A stretch of DNA of 64,000 bases. It comes from Candidatus Rokuibacteriota bacterium. GTDB taxonomy: Bacteria > Methylomirabilota > Methylomirabilia > Rokubacteriales > CSP1-6. The notes below the pieces were generated by a model, which worked only from the letters and a program-made list of their open reading frames with translations, was not told where the DNA came from and did no database searches. Positions 43,447 through 52,048 of this stretch are shown here, one piece after another (positions within the stretch are counted from its first letter, which is position 1; each line of letters begins with the position of its first letter). Location: NCBI GenBank assembly GCA_023249095.1, contig JAHFDK010000011.1, forward strand, positions 1,165-65,164. The letters run 5' to 3'. The translations under genes were made by a program, and so were the position numbers.

Positions 43447-44303
43447 AACGCTACAAGGACATTGCGGGCGACGGCGGCTCGAACATCGCGGGTCAGGTCG
43501 AGGCTCAGCAGGGCAGGCTCCGACAGCGGCTTGCGTCGGTGCGGACGATTGTCGCCGTCGTTTCCGGCAAGGGCGGCGTCGGGAAGTCGGCCCTTACCGC
43601 GAACCTCGCGTGCTGCTTCGCGCTCGACGGCTGGAAGGTCGGTGTCCTCGACGCGGATCTCAACGGCCCGACGCAGGCCAAGCTTCTGGGCGTGCGCGGC
43701 CGGCGACTCGTCATGGCCGACGGGGGCGTCGAGCCGCCGCGGACCGAGCTGGGTGTGAAGGTGATGTCGATGGACCTGCTCCTGGCCGGCGATGCCGCGG
43801 CGCTCACCTGGGACGCGACGGTCAAGGACGAGGCGCACACCTGGCAGGGGGCCATGGAGGCCAACGCGATCCGCGAGTTCCTGGCGGATACGAACTGGGG
43901 CCCGCTGGACGCGCTCCTCCTCGACTTACCGCCCGGCACCGACCGCCTCGCGACGATCGCGTCGCTGGCGCCGACGCTCGCCGGGATCGTCGTGGTGACG
44001 ATCCCGTCCGAAGTGTCGCACCTCGTCGTGCGGAGAGCGATCACCGCGGCCTCTCACACGAAGGCGCCGGTGCTTGGGCTCGTCGAGAACATGGCCGGCC
44101 TGTTTCCCGGGCCGGACGCCTCCCGGTTCGCTGCCGACGCCGGGATCCCCTTTCTCGGAAGCGTGCCGTTCGACTCGGCGCTCTCCATCGCCGCCGATCG
44201 GGGCGAGGCGTTCGTGGCCAAGGCGCCGTGGCGCGAGTCGGTCCGGGCCCTCAAGCGGATCGCCGACGGGATTCGCGCCGCACTGCCGCCCCGCCGGGCG
44301 TGA
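43443..44303 (+). CDS. Mrp/NBP35 (ApbC-like) P-loop ATPase lacking the C-terminal CxxC
   Basis: SGKGGVGKS, DADLNGP, DLPPGTD, then ENMAGLFPG with no CPxC. Confidence 0.88.
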   Translation: MKRYKDIAGDGGSNIAGQVEAQQGRLRQRLASVRTIVAVVSGKGGVGKSALTANLACCFALDGWKVGVLDADLNGPTQAKLLGVRGRRLVMADGGVEPPRTELGVKVMSMDLLLAGDAAALTWDATVKDEAHTWQGAMEANAIREFLADTNWGPLDALLLDLPPGTDRLATIASLAPTLAGIVVVTIPSEVSHLVVRRAITAASHTKAPVLGLVENMAGLFPGPDASRFAADAGIPFLGSVPFDSALSIAADRGEAFVAKAPWRESVRALKRIADGIRAALPPRRA

Positions 44304-44325
44304 GCGCCCGCCGGGGTCTCCTACC

Positions 44326-45033
44326 TCAGGGGCAGGTAGCCCGGGGATCCGGCGTGTAGCCGGCGACCTTGTACGTCAACACGAAATCATCGGCCCAGGC
44401 CTTGGGCTTCACGTTGCCGAGCTTCGTCTCCCCGTCCCAGGCCAGCACGTGCGCACCGTCCGCGAGTTGCGTGATGCCGACGCGACCCCGAAGATAGTCC
44501 GCGACCAGCGGCTTTGGCATGAAGGCCGCGGCCGTTTCCAGCACCGGGGGCTGGCCGCCCGTTGGCTCGGCCTTCAACCAGCTCACGATCACGGTGAATC
44601 CCTCGAGAGCGGGCTCCTTGAGCAGGTCGCTGGTGGCCATGGAGCGCAGCAAGTGGGGTACGTAGCGCGAGAACATCGCGGACACCCGCTCCTGGACGGA
44701 CAAGCGCGTGAACTCGGGCGCCGGCTGCTGATCGACGATCGCGTTCAGCGAGAGATACCGGATATCGCCGTCGATGTGCTTGGGCTTGTAGAAGCCGATG
44801 CCTTCATTCTTGACGTCCAGCCACGGCATGCAGTGATAGACCTTCGCGTTGAGGTCGCGGAGAGGTCCCTGGAACTTTTGCCCGAGCGCGCGGCCCTTAT
44901 CGGAGGTGTACCGATCGATCTGGAGGACCCGGTCGGACGGAGGATCTGCCGCCAGTGCGCTGTTGGTGCCCAGGGCGAGGGTCGCGGCCGCGGTCAGTCC
45001 AAGAATCGCCCGGGCGAGCATCAAGGTTGTCAT
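44326..45033 (-). CDS. Secreted hypothetical protein
   Basis: Signal peptide (..LALGTNSALA) and good codon usage. No family recognised. Confidence 0.7.
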   Translation of the reverse strand: MTTLMLARAILGLTAAATLALGTNSALAADPPSDRVLQIDRYTSDKGRALGQKFQGPLRDLNAKVYHCMPWLDVKNEGIGFYKPKHIDGDIRYLSLNAIVDQQPAPEFTRLSVQERVSAMFSRYVPHLLRSMATSDLLKEPALEGFTVIVSWLKAEPTGGQPPVLETAAAFMPKPLVADYLRGRVGITQLADGAHVLAWDGETKLGNVKPKAWADDFVLTYKVAGYTPDPRATCP

Positions 45034-45181
45034 ACGTGACACTTAGGGCATGCGCCGTGCCAGCCGGCCAGAACCGCTAAGTCTGCGGATCATCGTCAAT
45101 CCTTTGACGGCGAGAGGCAGACCCGTCGGCCAAACTGCCCCCCGAATCGTCAGGCGGGTGCCTGCGTGACCGAGAGGCTTC

Positions 45182-45439
45182 CTAGCGCTCGAGGATCTGC
45201 TCTTGGGCCACCGTGACCGGTCGACCGAACCAGTTCTGGTTTTTCGCCATGGTGATGTCGTTCCGCGTCACTGACGCCGACGAGCCCCCACTGTTCTTCA
45301 TGGAGAAGTCGTAGTGCTCCTTGGACGCGAAGTGGCTCGTGTTCGACCGCCATGTGTTCCACTCTTCGCTGGATGCGCAGCCGCCGACGAGAAGAAGTGA
45401 GGTTCCGATCAGGAGCGATCGCCAGTGCTTCCCGCGCAT
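45182..45439 (-). CDS. Small lipoprotein, hypothetical
   Basis: MRGKHWRSLLIGTSLLLVGG-C lipobox, GAGGA RBS. Confidence 0.7.
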   Translation of the reverse strand: MRGKHWRSLLIGTSLLLVGGCASSEEWNTWRSNTSHFASKEHYDFSMKNSGGSSASVTRNDITMAKNQNWFGRPVTVAQEQILER

Positions 45440-45597
45440 ATACCGGTCCTCCTCAGGAAGTCGAAGCTGGCACATCGTACCGTCGCGAGGGAGGCTGGTC
45501 AATTGGCCGTTCGTGCTAGACTCCCCATTACAACGTCGAGGAGAGTGCAGATGCTCCACGAGATCGTGACGCGGGACCGGCTCCCGATCGAGGCTGA

Positions 45598-46485
45598 ATG
45601 GACGCCCTGAAGATCCACGCGCGCCCGGAGGGCCTCCGCCGGCCGATCTTGATCATGGCGTTCGGCGGCTGGAACGACGCGGCCGAATCGGCGACGACGG
45701 CGGTGCGGTACCTGGGCACGTCGTTCCGGGCAGAAAAATTCGCCGAGATCGACCCGGAGGAGTTCTATCACTTCGGCCTCTCCCGCCCGTACGTCCGCTT
45801 CAAGCAAGGCTCGGAGACGGAGCGCGAGATCACCTGGCCGGCGACCGAGTTCTCGATCACCCAGGCGTCGGCGCTCGCGCGCGACGTCATCGTGGGCGTG
45901 GCGGTCGAGCCGCATCTGCGGTGGAAGACCTACTGCAGCTTGGTTCTCGACCTCGCGCGGCGCTGCGAGGTGGCATTGGTGTTGACGTTGGGCGCGCTAC
46001 TCGCCGAGGTGCCGCACACCCGACCAGTCCGCCTCTCCGGCAGCGCCTCCGACCCGGAGCTCGCGGTCCGCCTCGGGGTCCGCCCGACGAAGTACGAAGG
46101 CCCCACCGGGATCGTCGGCGTTCTCAACACGATCTGCCGTGAGCAGGGGTTCGCCACGGCGAGCCTCTGGGCCAATGTCCCGCACTACATCTCGGGCATC
46201 GAAAACCCCAAGGCGACGCTGGCGCTGGTCCAACGCGTGGCCCCGCTGCTGGGCACCACGGTCGAAGTCGGAGACCTCGAGGAGGCGGTGAAGCAATTCG
46301 ATGTCAATCTGAAGGAGATCGTCGCGCAGAATGCGAAGATCGCCAACTACATCAAGAAGCTCGAGTCGCGTGATGCCGCCGAAGAGCCCCCGCCGGCCGG
46401 GCGGGGCGGACCGAGCGACCTCCCGCCGGCCGCCGAGCTCGTCGCCGAGTTCGAGCAGTTCCTCCGCCAGCAGCGTCCGGAGTGA
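45598..46485 (+). CDS. PAC2 (proteasome assembly chaperone-like) family protein
   Basis: AFGGWNDAAESAT, IDPEEFY, EPHLRW, PHTRP, YEGPTGIVG, LWANVPHY. Confidence 0.9.
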   Translation: MDALKIHARPEGLRRPILIMAFGGWNDAAESATTAVRYLGTSFRAEKFAEIDPEEFYHFGLSRPYVRFKQGSETEREITWPATEFSITQASALARDVIVGVAVEPHLRWKTYCSLVLDLARRCEVALVLTLGALLAEVPHTRPVRLSGSASDPELAVRLGVRPTKYEGPTGIVGVLNTICREQGFATASLWANVPHYISGIENPKATLALVQRVAPLLGTTVEVGDLEEAVKQFDVNLKEIVAQNAKIANYIKKLESRDAAEEPPPAGRGGPSDLPPAAELVAEFEQFLRQQRPE

Positions 46486-47357
46486 CCTGGGGCCGAATAG
46501 GCGTCGTCGCCGCTCTCGGCCTGCTATTCGTTTCGGGCACTTCAGGCGCGGCCGAGAAGACCAGCATCTCCTGGCATCCGTCGAAGCCACGGCCCGGTGA
46601 CGTCGCCTGGCTTCACGTGCAGAATGTCGTCGAGATCGCGACGGTCGAAGGCTCGGTGGACGGCCGGCCCCTCACGTTCTTCCCTTACGCGGGCGGTCAC
46701 GCCGCGCTCCTGGGCATCGATCTGGAGGTGAAGCCGGGTGCCCATGCGTGGCGGGTAGGGGTCGTCGAGCAGGGCCGCGAGCCGCGGAGCGCGCAGGGAA
46801 AGCTTTTGGTCGCGCGGCGTAATTTCCCTCTGGAGCGCCTCACCCTGCCGCAGACGATGGTCGATCTCGACTCCGAGACCGAGCGGCGGGCGGTGGCCGA
46901 GGGCAAGCGGCTCGCGATACTCTATCGGACGATTACCCCGGAGCGGCTCTGGCGCGGGAAGTTCACGAAGCCCGTGGGGACGCCGGCAGCCGGCACCGGA
47001 TTCGGCGCGCGTCGGATCATCAATGGCCAAGCCCGCTCGCCCCACGGCGGGATCGACTATTCGGTGCCTCGGGGGACACCGGTGGTCGCGGCCAATACCG
47101 GCAGGGTTGCCCTCGTCGCCGAGTTCTTCTTCCCCGGTCGGCTGGTGGTCCTCGACCACGGTCTCGGCCTCTACACACTCTATTTCCACCTCGACACGGC
47201 CTCGGTCGCCGAGGGGGAGCGCCTGGAGCGCGGCCAGACGCTCGGGAGCGTGGGGGCCACCGGCCGAGCCACGGGCCCGCACCTGCATTTCGGGGCCCAG
47301 GTCGGCGCGGCCAGGGTCGACCCGGCAACCCTCCTGGGCCTTTCGCTTCTCGACTAG
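46482..47357 (+). CDS. M23 family metallopeptidase
   Basis: HGGID, YFHL, GRATGPHLHF. Confidence 0.92.
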   Translation: MTWGRIGVVAALGLLFVSGTSGAAEKTSISWHPSKPRPGDVAWLHVQNVVEIATVEGSVDGRPLTFFPYAGGHAALLGIDLEVKPGAHAWRVGVVEQGREPRSAQGKLLVARRNFPLERLTLPQTMVDLDSETERRAVAEGKRLAILYRTITPERLWRGKFTKPVGTPAAGTGFGARRIINGQARSPHGGIDYSVPRGTPVVAANTGRVALVAEFFFPGRLVVLDHGLGLYTLYFHLDTASVAEGERLERGQTLGSVGATGRATGPHLHFGAQVGAARVDPATLLGLSLLD

Positions 47358-47596
47358 CGCCGACGCCGCGCCTTAGCCTTCTTCCTGCTCTTGCTCCGGG
47401 CCTTGGCCTTGACCTTCCGCTTTGGCTTGGCCATGGCTTTCTTCCTGGCCTTCGGCTTGGCTTTGGGCCTCGCCGCCCGCGGCGCCTTCGGCGCGGGCCT
47501 GGGAGGCCCGGGTGCGGGGACCGGTGGTGCCGCCGGAGCTGGGGTCGGTGTCCAGGGCTCGGGTTCACCGAACATGCGTTCCATCGTCTCCTCCAT
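47354..47596 (-). CDS. Small Pro-rich, Lys/Arg/Ala-rich basic protein
   Basis: Fills the intergenic gap and has an extremely basic C-terminal half. The likely start is ATG 47584 after GGAGGAG. Confidence 0.55.
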   Translation of the reverse strand: MEETMERMFGEPEPWTPTPAPAAPPVPAPGPPRPAPKAPRAARPKAKPKARKKAMAKPKRKVKAKARSKSRKKAKARRRR

Positions 47597-47661
47597 GTCA
47601 GGACAGTTGGTTCACGCCTGCCCTACCCTGCCGTCGAGCCCTTGCGAGCGCAAGAGGGAAA

Positions 47662-48678
47662 TTAGACCGCGATACGCGCGCGCAGGCGCGCGGCGTGGGC
47701 GGCGAGCGCGCGATTGGACCATACCGTGAGAGTCGATCGCGCAAGCAGCGCGCGCACCGCGCCGCGCGGGATCTTGATCGGCGCCGTCACGATGAGCGGA
47801 TTCGGGTGTGCGGCGAGGTCGGCGAGGGTCGCGAGTCCGATCAGGAGCGGCCAGGCGCACGCCAGACGCATCCGCCACTCTCGGCGTGGGATCGCGAGCG
47901 TGTAGTCCCACGCGACGTTGTAGTGCTCGAGCGCCAGGCCGAGCAGGCGGCGGTAGAGCGGGAGCGCGCGAGCGGCGCCGGTGGGCTCGAGCAGGTCGCG
48001 GGGCCCGAGACCCAGAGCCGCCAGCTCGCGCGCCGGCAGGTAGCATCGGCCGTGGGCAAGATCGCCGGGCACGTCGCGCAGGACGTTGGTGAGCTGTAGC
48101 GCCTTGCCGAAGCTCACGCCCTGCTCGCTCATCTCGCGCAGCGCCCAGTCGCTGAGGCGCCGCCGATGCGCCACGTGCAGCACCGTCCAGAACGGCCCGA
48201 CGCAGCCGGCCACCAGGTACGTGTAGTGATCCAGCTCCTCGAGGTTTTCGATGGCCGCGAGGCTCTTCGAGTCCTCGCCCGGGAAGCGCGTGAGGTCGAA
48301 GATCATTCCCGACGTCAGCGTTGCCAGCACTGCGCGCACCTCGTGCCGGTCGGCCGGCGCCAGCGCCTCGACGCGGTCCAGTGCCTCGCCCACGCGCTCG
48401 AGCAACACGCGCTCGGCGGGCGCGTGCTGAGGCGCGCACGCCCGCGCCAGCGCCCCGACGTCGACCGCCTCGCCGGCGCACGCCCGCCGCAGGGTCTCGA
48501 GATGGCCGAGACGCTCCTCGCGCTTGATGAGCCGCGTGTCCGCGACGGTGTCCGCCGCGCGCGCGAGCAGGTATGCAAGGCCGATTGGCTCGCGGAGGGG
48601 ACGGGGAAGGACCGCGAGCGAGAGGTAGAAGCTCCGGCTGACCTGCCGCAGGAGGTCGCCCAGCAGGTCGCCGCCCAT
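47662..48678 (-). CDS. Phytoene/squalene synthase family protein
   Basis: VSRSFYLS, YLLARAADTVAD, YTYLVAGCVG, GKALQLTNVLRD. Confidence 0.9.
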   Translation of the reverse strand: MGGDLLGDLLRQVSRSFYLSLAVLPRPLREPIGLAYLLARAADTVADTRLIKREERLGHLETLRRACAGEAVDVGALARACAPQHAPAERVLLERVGEALDRVEALAPADRHEVRAVLATLTSGMIFDLTRFPGEDSKSLAAIENLEELDHYTYLVAGCVGPFWTVLHVAHRRRLSDWALREMSEQGVSFGKALQLTNVLRDVPGDLAHGRCYLPARELAALGLGPRDLLEPTGAARALPLYRRLLGLALEHYNVAWDYTLAIPRREWRMRLACAWPLLIGLATLADLAAHPNPLIVTAPIKIPRGAVRALLARSTLTVWSNRALAAHAARLRARIAV

Positions 48679-48679
48679 G

Positions 48680-48976
48680 CTACTCGTAGTCGAACGGTCG
48701 CTTCGGCGGGGCGGGGTCGTCCTTGGCCTTCTTCAGACCCTCCTGGAACTTGCGGTCGAGGAGCTTGCCCTTCTCGCCTTCGGCCCGGAGCTGCTCCTTG
48801 AAGCGCTCCTCGCGCTCGGCGGACTTCGTGCGGAGCTTGTCGAAGGCGGCGCCGAGATCTTCGACCGACCGCGTGGGGGGCGGCGCTTCGTGCGAGATGA
48901 CGGCCTGAAGCTCCGCGTCCAGCGTGAGCTTGGCCCTGCAGCACGGGCACTCGACCGTGAATGATGGTCTAGCCAT
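48680..48976 (-). CDS. Small conserved hypothetical protein with CPCC motif and coiled coil
   Basis: MARPSFTVECPCC...KLLDRKFQEGLKKAKDDP..KRPFDYE. Confidence 0.7.
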   Translation of the reverse strand: MARPSFTVECPCCRAKLTLDAELQAVISHEAPPPTRSVEDLGAAFDKLRTKSAEREERFKEQLRAEGEKGKLLDRKFQEGLKKAKDDPAPPKRPFDYE

Positions 48977-49023
48977 GTGCGCCACGCTAGCAGCGCGCCC
49001 GAAGGGCGTCAAGCCGTGCGACA

Positions 49024-49947
49024 ATGCCGCGGATGGGCGAAATCGCCAACGAGTTTTCCTGGTCGCGCAGTCGTGACCACACCTTTCAGGACTGTCGGCG
49101 CCGCTACTTCTACCATTACTACGGCTCGTGGGGCGGGTGGGACGCCGGAGCCCCCGAGGACATCCGGCGGCTCTACATCCTCAAGCAGCTCGCGTCCAGG
49201 CAGCAGTGGGCGGGACGAGTCGTCCACGACGCCATCGAGATGGTCTTCCACGCCTTCGCCGGAGGTCGAGACCTCCCGGTCGAGCCGTTCATCGCCGACG
49301 TCGTCGAGCGGATGCGCGGCGAGTGGCGCTCCTCGAAAGCCGGACGCTACCGCGAGAGTCCAAAGACGGTGGCGCTCTTCGAGCACGAATACTCGATCGA
49401 GCTGAAGCCCGAGGTATGGCAGGCACTCTCCCGCAACGTCGCGGTCTGCCTGCGCAACTTTTTTCGCCTCCCGCTCCTGGCGACGATTCGCAGGAGTGCA
49501 CCCGAGCACTGGTCGATCGAGCACTGGTCCAAGGTCTTCGACTTCGAGGGCACATCGGTGTGGATGGCGCCCGACTTCGGGTTCTGGACGGACGACGGCC
49601 AGCTCGCGCTCGTGGACTGGAAGACGGGGGGCGCGACGCCGGACGGCGCCGCGTTCCAGCTCGGCTGCTACGCGCTCTACGCCGCCGAGGTGCTCGGCGT
49701 GCCCCCCGCAAAGGTCGACCTCTTCGAGGCGAACCTGCGCGAGCCGGAGGTGACGCAGCTCCACTGGAGCGACGAGCGGCTCGCGGCCATCAAGGAGCAG
49801 CTCCGCCTTTCGATCCGCTCGATGAAGGCGTACCTCGTGGATCCCGCCGCCAATGTCGGGGCGATTGCGGACTTCGAGAAGACCGAGGACCTGAGGATCT
49901 GCAAGTGGTGTAACTTCCGCGTCGTGTGCCGCCCGGAGCTCACGTGA
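49024..49947 (+). CDS. PD-(D/E)XK nuclease (RecB/AddB/Cas4-like) with probable Fe-S staple
   Basis: N-terminal CRRRY, APDF...VDWKTG, QLGCY, C-terminal CKWCNFRVVC. Confidence 0.88.
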   Translation: MPRMGEIANEFSWSRSRDHTFQDCRRRYFYHYYGSWGGWDAGAPEDIRRLYILKQLASRQQWAGRVVHDAIEMVFHAFAGGRDLPVEPFIADVVERMRGEWRSSKAGRYRESPKTVALFEHEYSIELKPEVWQALSRNVAVCLRNFFRLPLLATIRRSAPEHWSIEHWSKVFDFEGTSVWMAPDFGFWTDDGQLALVDWKTGGATPDGAAFQLGCYALYAAEVLGVPPAKVDLFEANLREPEVTQLHWSDERLAAIKEQLRLSIRSMKAYLVDPAANVGAIADFEKTEDLRICKWCNFRVVCRPELT

Positions 49948-49951
49948 GGGC

Positions 49952-50013
49952 CGGGGGAGTCGAGAGGGGGGCGGAGCCTGCACGCGTGCCGCGCAGGCGG
50001 AGCCCCCTTCTCC
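49952..50013 (+). repeat. REP-like hairpin repeat, copy 2, with a 26-nt insertion
   Basis: Identical to 28052-28078, then an insertion at 49979-50004 that duplicates GGCGGAGCC, then CCCTTCTCC. Confidence 0.7.
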
Positions 50014-50032
50014 AAACAGACAGGAGAGCGTC

Positions 50033-50824
50033 GTGAGAGAGAACACGGTGAAGAAGATCTGGGCGCGGGGCGAGGCGGTCGTCAACGGGTGGCTGTCGAT
50101 TCCGAGCTCGTTTGCCGCCGAGGTCATGGCCCACCAGGGGTTCGACTCGCTCACCGTCGACATGCAGCACGGTGTCGTGGATTACCAGACCGCGGTGACG
50201 ATGCTCCAGGCCGTCTCCACGACGCCGGTCATCCCGCTGGCCCGCGTGCCGTGGAACGATCCGGCGCTCCTCATGAAGATCCTCGACGCGGGCGTCTACG
50301 GCGTCATCTGCCCGATGATCAACACGCGGGCCCAGGCCGAGGCGCTCGTGGGCGCTTGCAAGTACGCCCCGCGGGGTTACCGGAGCTGGGGCCCCGTGCG
50401 CGCGTCGATCTACGCGGGCACCGACTACGGCGACCACGCCAACGAGGACCTGATCGTGATGCCCATGATCGAGACTGCCGAGGCGGTGAAGAACATCGAC
50501 GAGATCCTGCGCGTGCCCGGCATCGACGCGGTCTACGTCGGCCCGTCGGATCTCTCGCTCACGCTCGGCTGCAAACCGCGCCTGGACCAGACCGACCCAC
50601 CGGTGGTGGAGGCGCAGCAGACAATCGTCGAGGCGTGCAAGCGGCACGGGGTCGCCGCGGGGATCCACAACGCGACCGCCGCCTACGCGCAGAAGATGAT
50701 CGCGGCGGGCTACCAATTCGTCACGCTCGCGAGCGACAGCCGGTTCATGGCGGCCAAAGCGGCCGAAGAGGTCGCGGTGATCCGGAAGACCGGCGTGAAG
50801 ACCGGCACGCTGCCCGCGTACTGA
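50033..50824 (+). CDS. HpcH/HpaI aldolase family protein
   Basis: VDMQHG, ARVPWND, LDAGVYGVICPM, MIET, VGPSDL. Confidence 0.92.
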   Translation: MRENTVKKIWARGEAVVNGWLSIPSSFAAEVMAHQGFDSLTVDMQHGVVDYQTAVTMLQAVSTTPVIPLARVPWNDPALLMKILDAGVYGVICPMINTRAQAEALVGACKYAPRGYRSWGPVRASIYAGTDYGDHANEDLIVMPMIETAEAVKNIDEILRVPGIDAVYVGPSDLSLTLGCKPRLDQTDPPVVEAQQTIVEACKRHGVAAGIHNATAAYAQKMIAAGYQFVTLASDSRFMAAKAAEEVAVIRKTGVKTGTLPAY

Positions 50825-51238
50825 ATGGGCCTCGACGAGGCTCAGATCCAGGGGTTCCTGGCGACCAAGGACGTCGTCGTGCTGGCGACCGTTCAGGCCG
50901 ACGGCGCGCCTCTCGCGATGCCGATGTGGTTCCTGCACGACCCCGCGGCGCTGACCATGATCAGTGTCGACGCCACTCAGAAGGTCCAGAACCTGCGCCG
51001 TGACCCGCGCGTGTGCGTGGTCGCCGAGGCCGTGGGCGGTGGCGGCGACGTGTGCGGGGTGACGGTACAGGGGCGCGCCGAGTTCTTGTCGGACACATCG
51101 CAGCGGCGCGCGCTCGTCGAGCGCTTCCACGAGAAGTACCGGCGCCTCGAGCGGCTCTGGAACGGCAAGACCATGCCGGCGAGCCGTGTCATGTTCCAGA
51201 TCGTCCCCTCGCGTGTGCGGAGCTGGGGGCTCGGATGA
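50825..51238 (+). CDS. Pyridoxamine 5'-phosphate oxidase-like (PPOX/F420-type split barrel) protein
   Basis: LATVQADGAP..PMWF, KVQNLRRDPRV. Confidence 0.85.
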   Translation: MGLDEAQIQGFLATKDVVVLATVQADGAPLAMPMWFLHDPAALTMISVDATQKVQNLRRDPRVCVVAEAVGGGGDVCGVTVQGRAEFLSDTSQRRALVERFHEKYRRLERLWNGKTMPASRVMFQIVPSRVRSWGLG

Positions 51239-51252
51239 ACATCCGCTAGCGC

Positions 51253-51888
51253 GTGGCCGATCTCGACGCGGGCCGATTCGACGACGGGCTGAAGGCGCGG
51301 GTTCAGGAGAACCTCGCCGGATTCGAGCGGAAGCCGATCGCCCCTGACGGGCGCCGCCCGGCCGCGGTGGCGGTGGTGCTGCTCGCCGACGACGAAGGAC
51401 GCGCGTGCTTTCTCCTGACCCGGCGTACGGCGACGCTGCGCGTTCACGCCCGCCAGTGGGCGCTGCCCGGCGGCCGCATCGACGTGGGCGAGAGCGCCGA
51501 GGGCGCGGCGCTGCGCGAGCTCCGCGAGGAAGTCGGCCTCGTGCTCGACGCCGGGTCGGTGCTGGGGATCCTCGACGACTACGGCACGCGGTCCGGATTC
51601 ATCATCACGCCCGTCGTCGTGTGGGCGGGGGAGAAGGTCGAGCTGGCGCCGAATCCGGCCGAGGTGGCCCACGTGTACCAGGTGCCGCTCGCCGAGCTCG
51701 ACAAGCCCGACGTCCCGCGCCTGATCACCATTCCCGAGAGCGACCGGCCGGTGATCCAAGTCCCGCTGCTGTCATCCCTCATCCACGCGCCGACCGCCGC
51801 CGTGCTCTACCAGATCCGCGAGGTCGTCGTCCACGGCCGGCCCACACGCGTGGCCCATTTCGAGCAGCCGACCTGGGCCTGGAAGTGA
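51253..51888 (+). CDS. Nudix hydrolase, CoA pyrophosphatase-like
   Basis: PAAVAV, QWALPGGRID...AALRELREEVG Nudix box, NPAEV. Confidence 0.9.
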   Translation: MADLDAGRFDDGLKARVQENLAGFERKPIAPDGRRPAAVAVVLLADDEGRACFLLTRRTATLRVHARQWALPGGRIDVGESAEGAALRELREEVGLVLDAGSVLGILDDYGTRSGFIITPVVVWAGEKVELAPNPAEVAHVYQVPLAELDKPDVPRLITIPESDRPVIQVPLLSSLIHAPTAAVLYQIREVVVHGRPTRVAHFEQPTWAWK

Positions 51889-52048
51889 CCGGCCGTCTCG
51901 GGATACCCTCGGCTCACGCGGGGACGGCTGACGCCGCGGGTCGGGTCAGACCGGGCGTGCGGAGCCGGGTCGTGCCTCTCTCAGGCCACTCTCGGATGAG
52001 GCGGCCTCGCGGCACCCGCTACAACGAACGCGGTAGCCAGGAGGCCCC

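Noticed and set aside
47662-48678. Hopanoid or carotenoid biosynthetic cluster
   Set aside because: A single synthase with no shc, hpn or crt neighbours in the window.
49024-49947. CRISPR-associated Cas4
   Set aside because: No cas1/cas2, array or leader nearby, so it is treated as a stand-alone PD-(D/E)XK nuclease.
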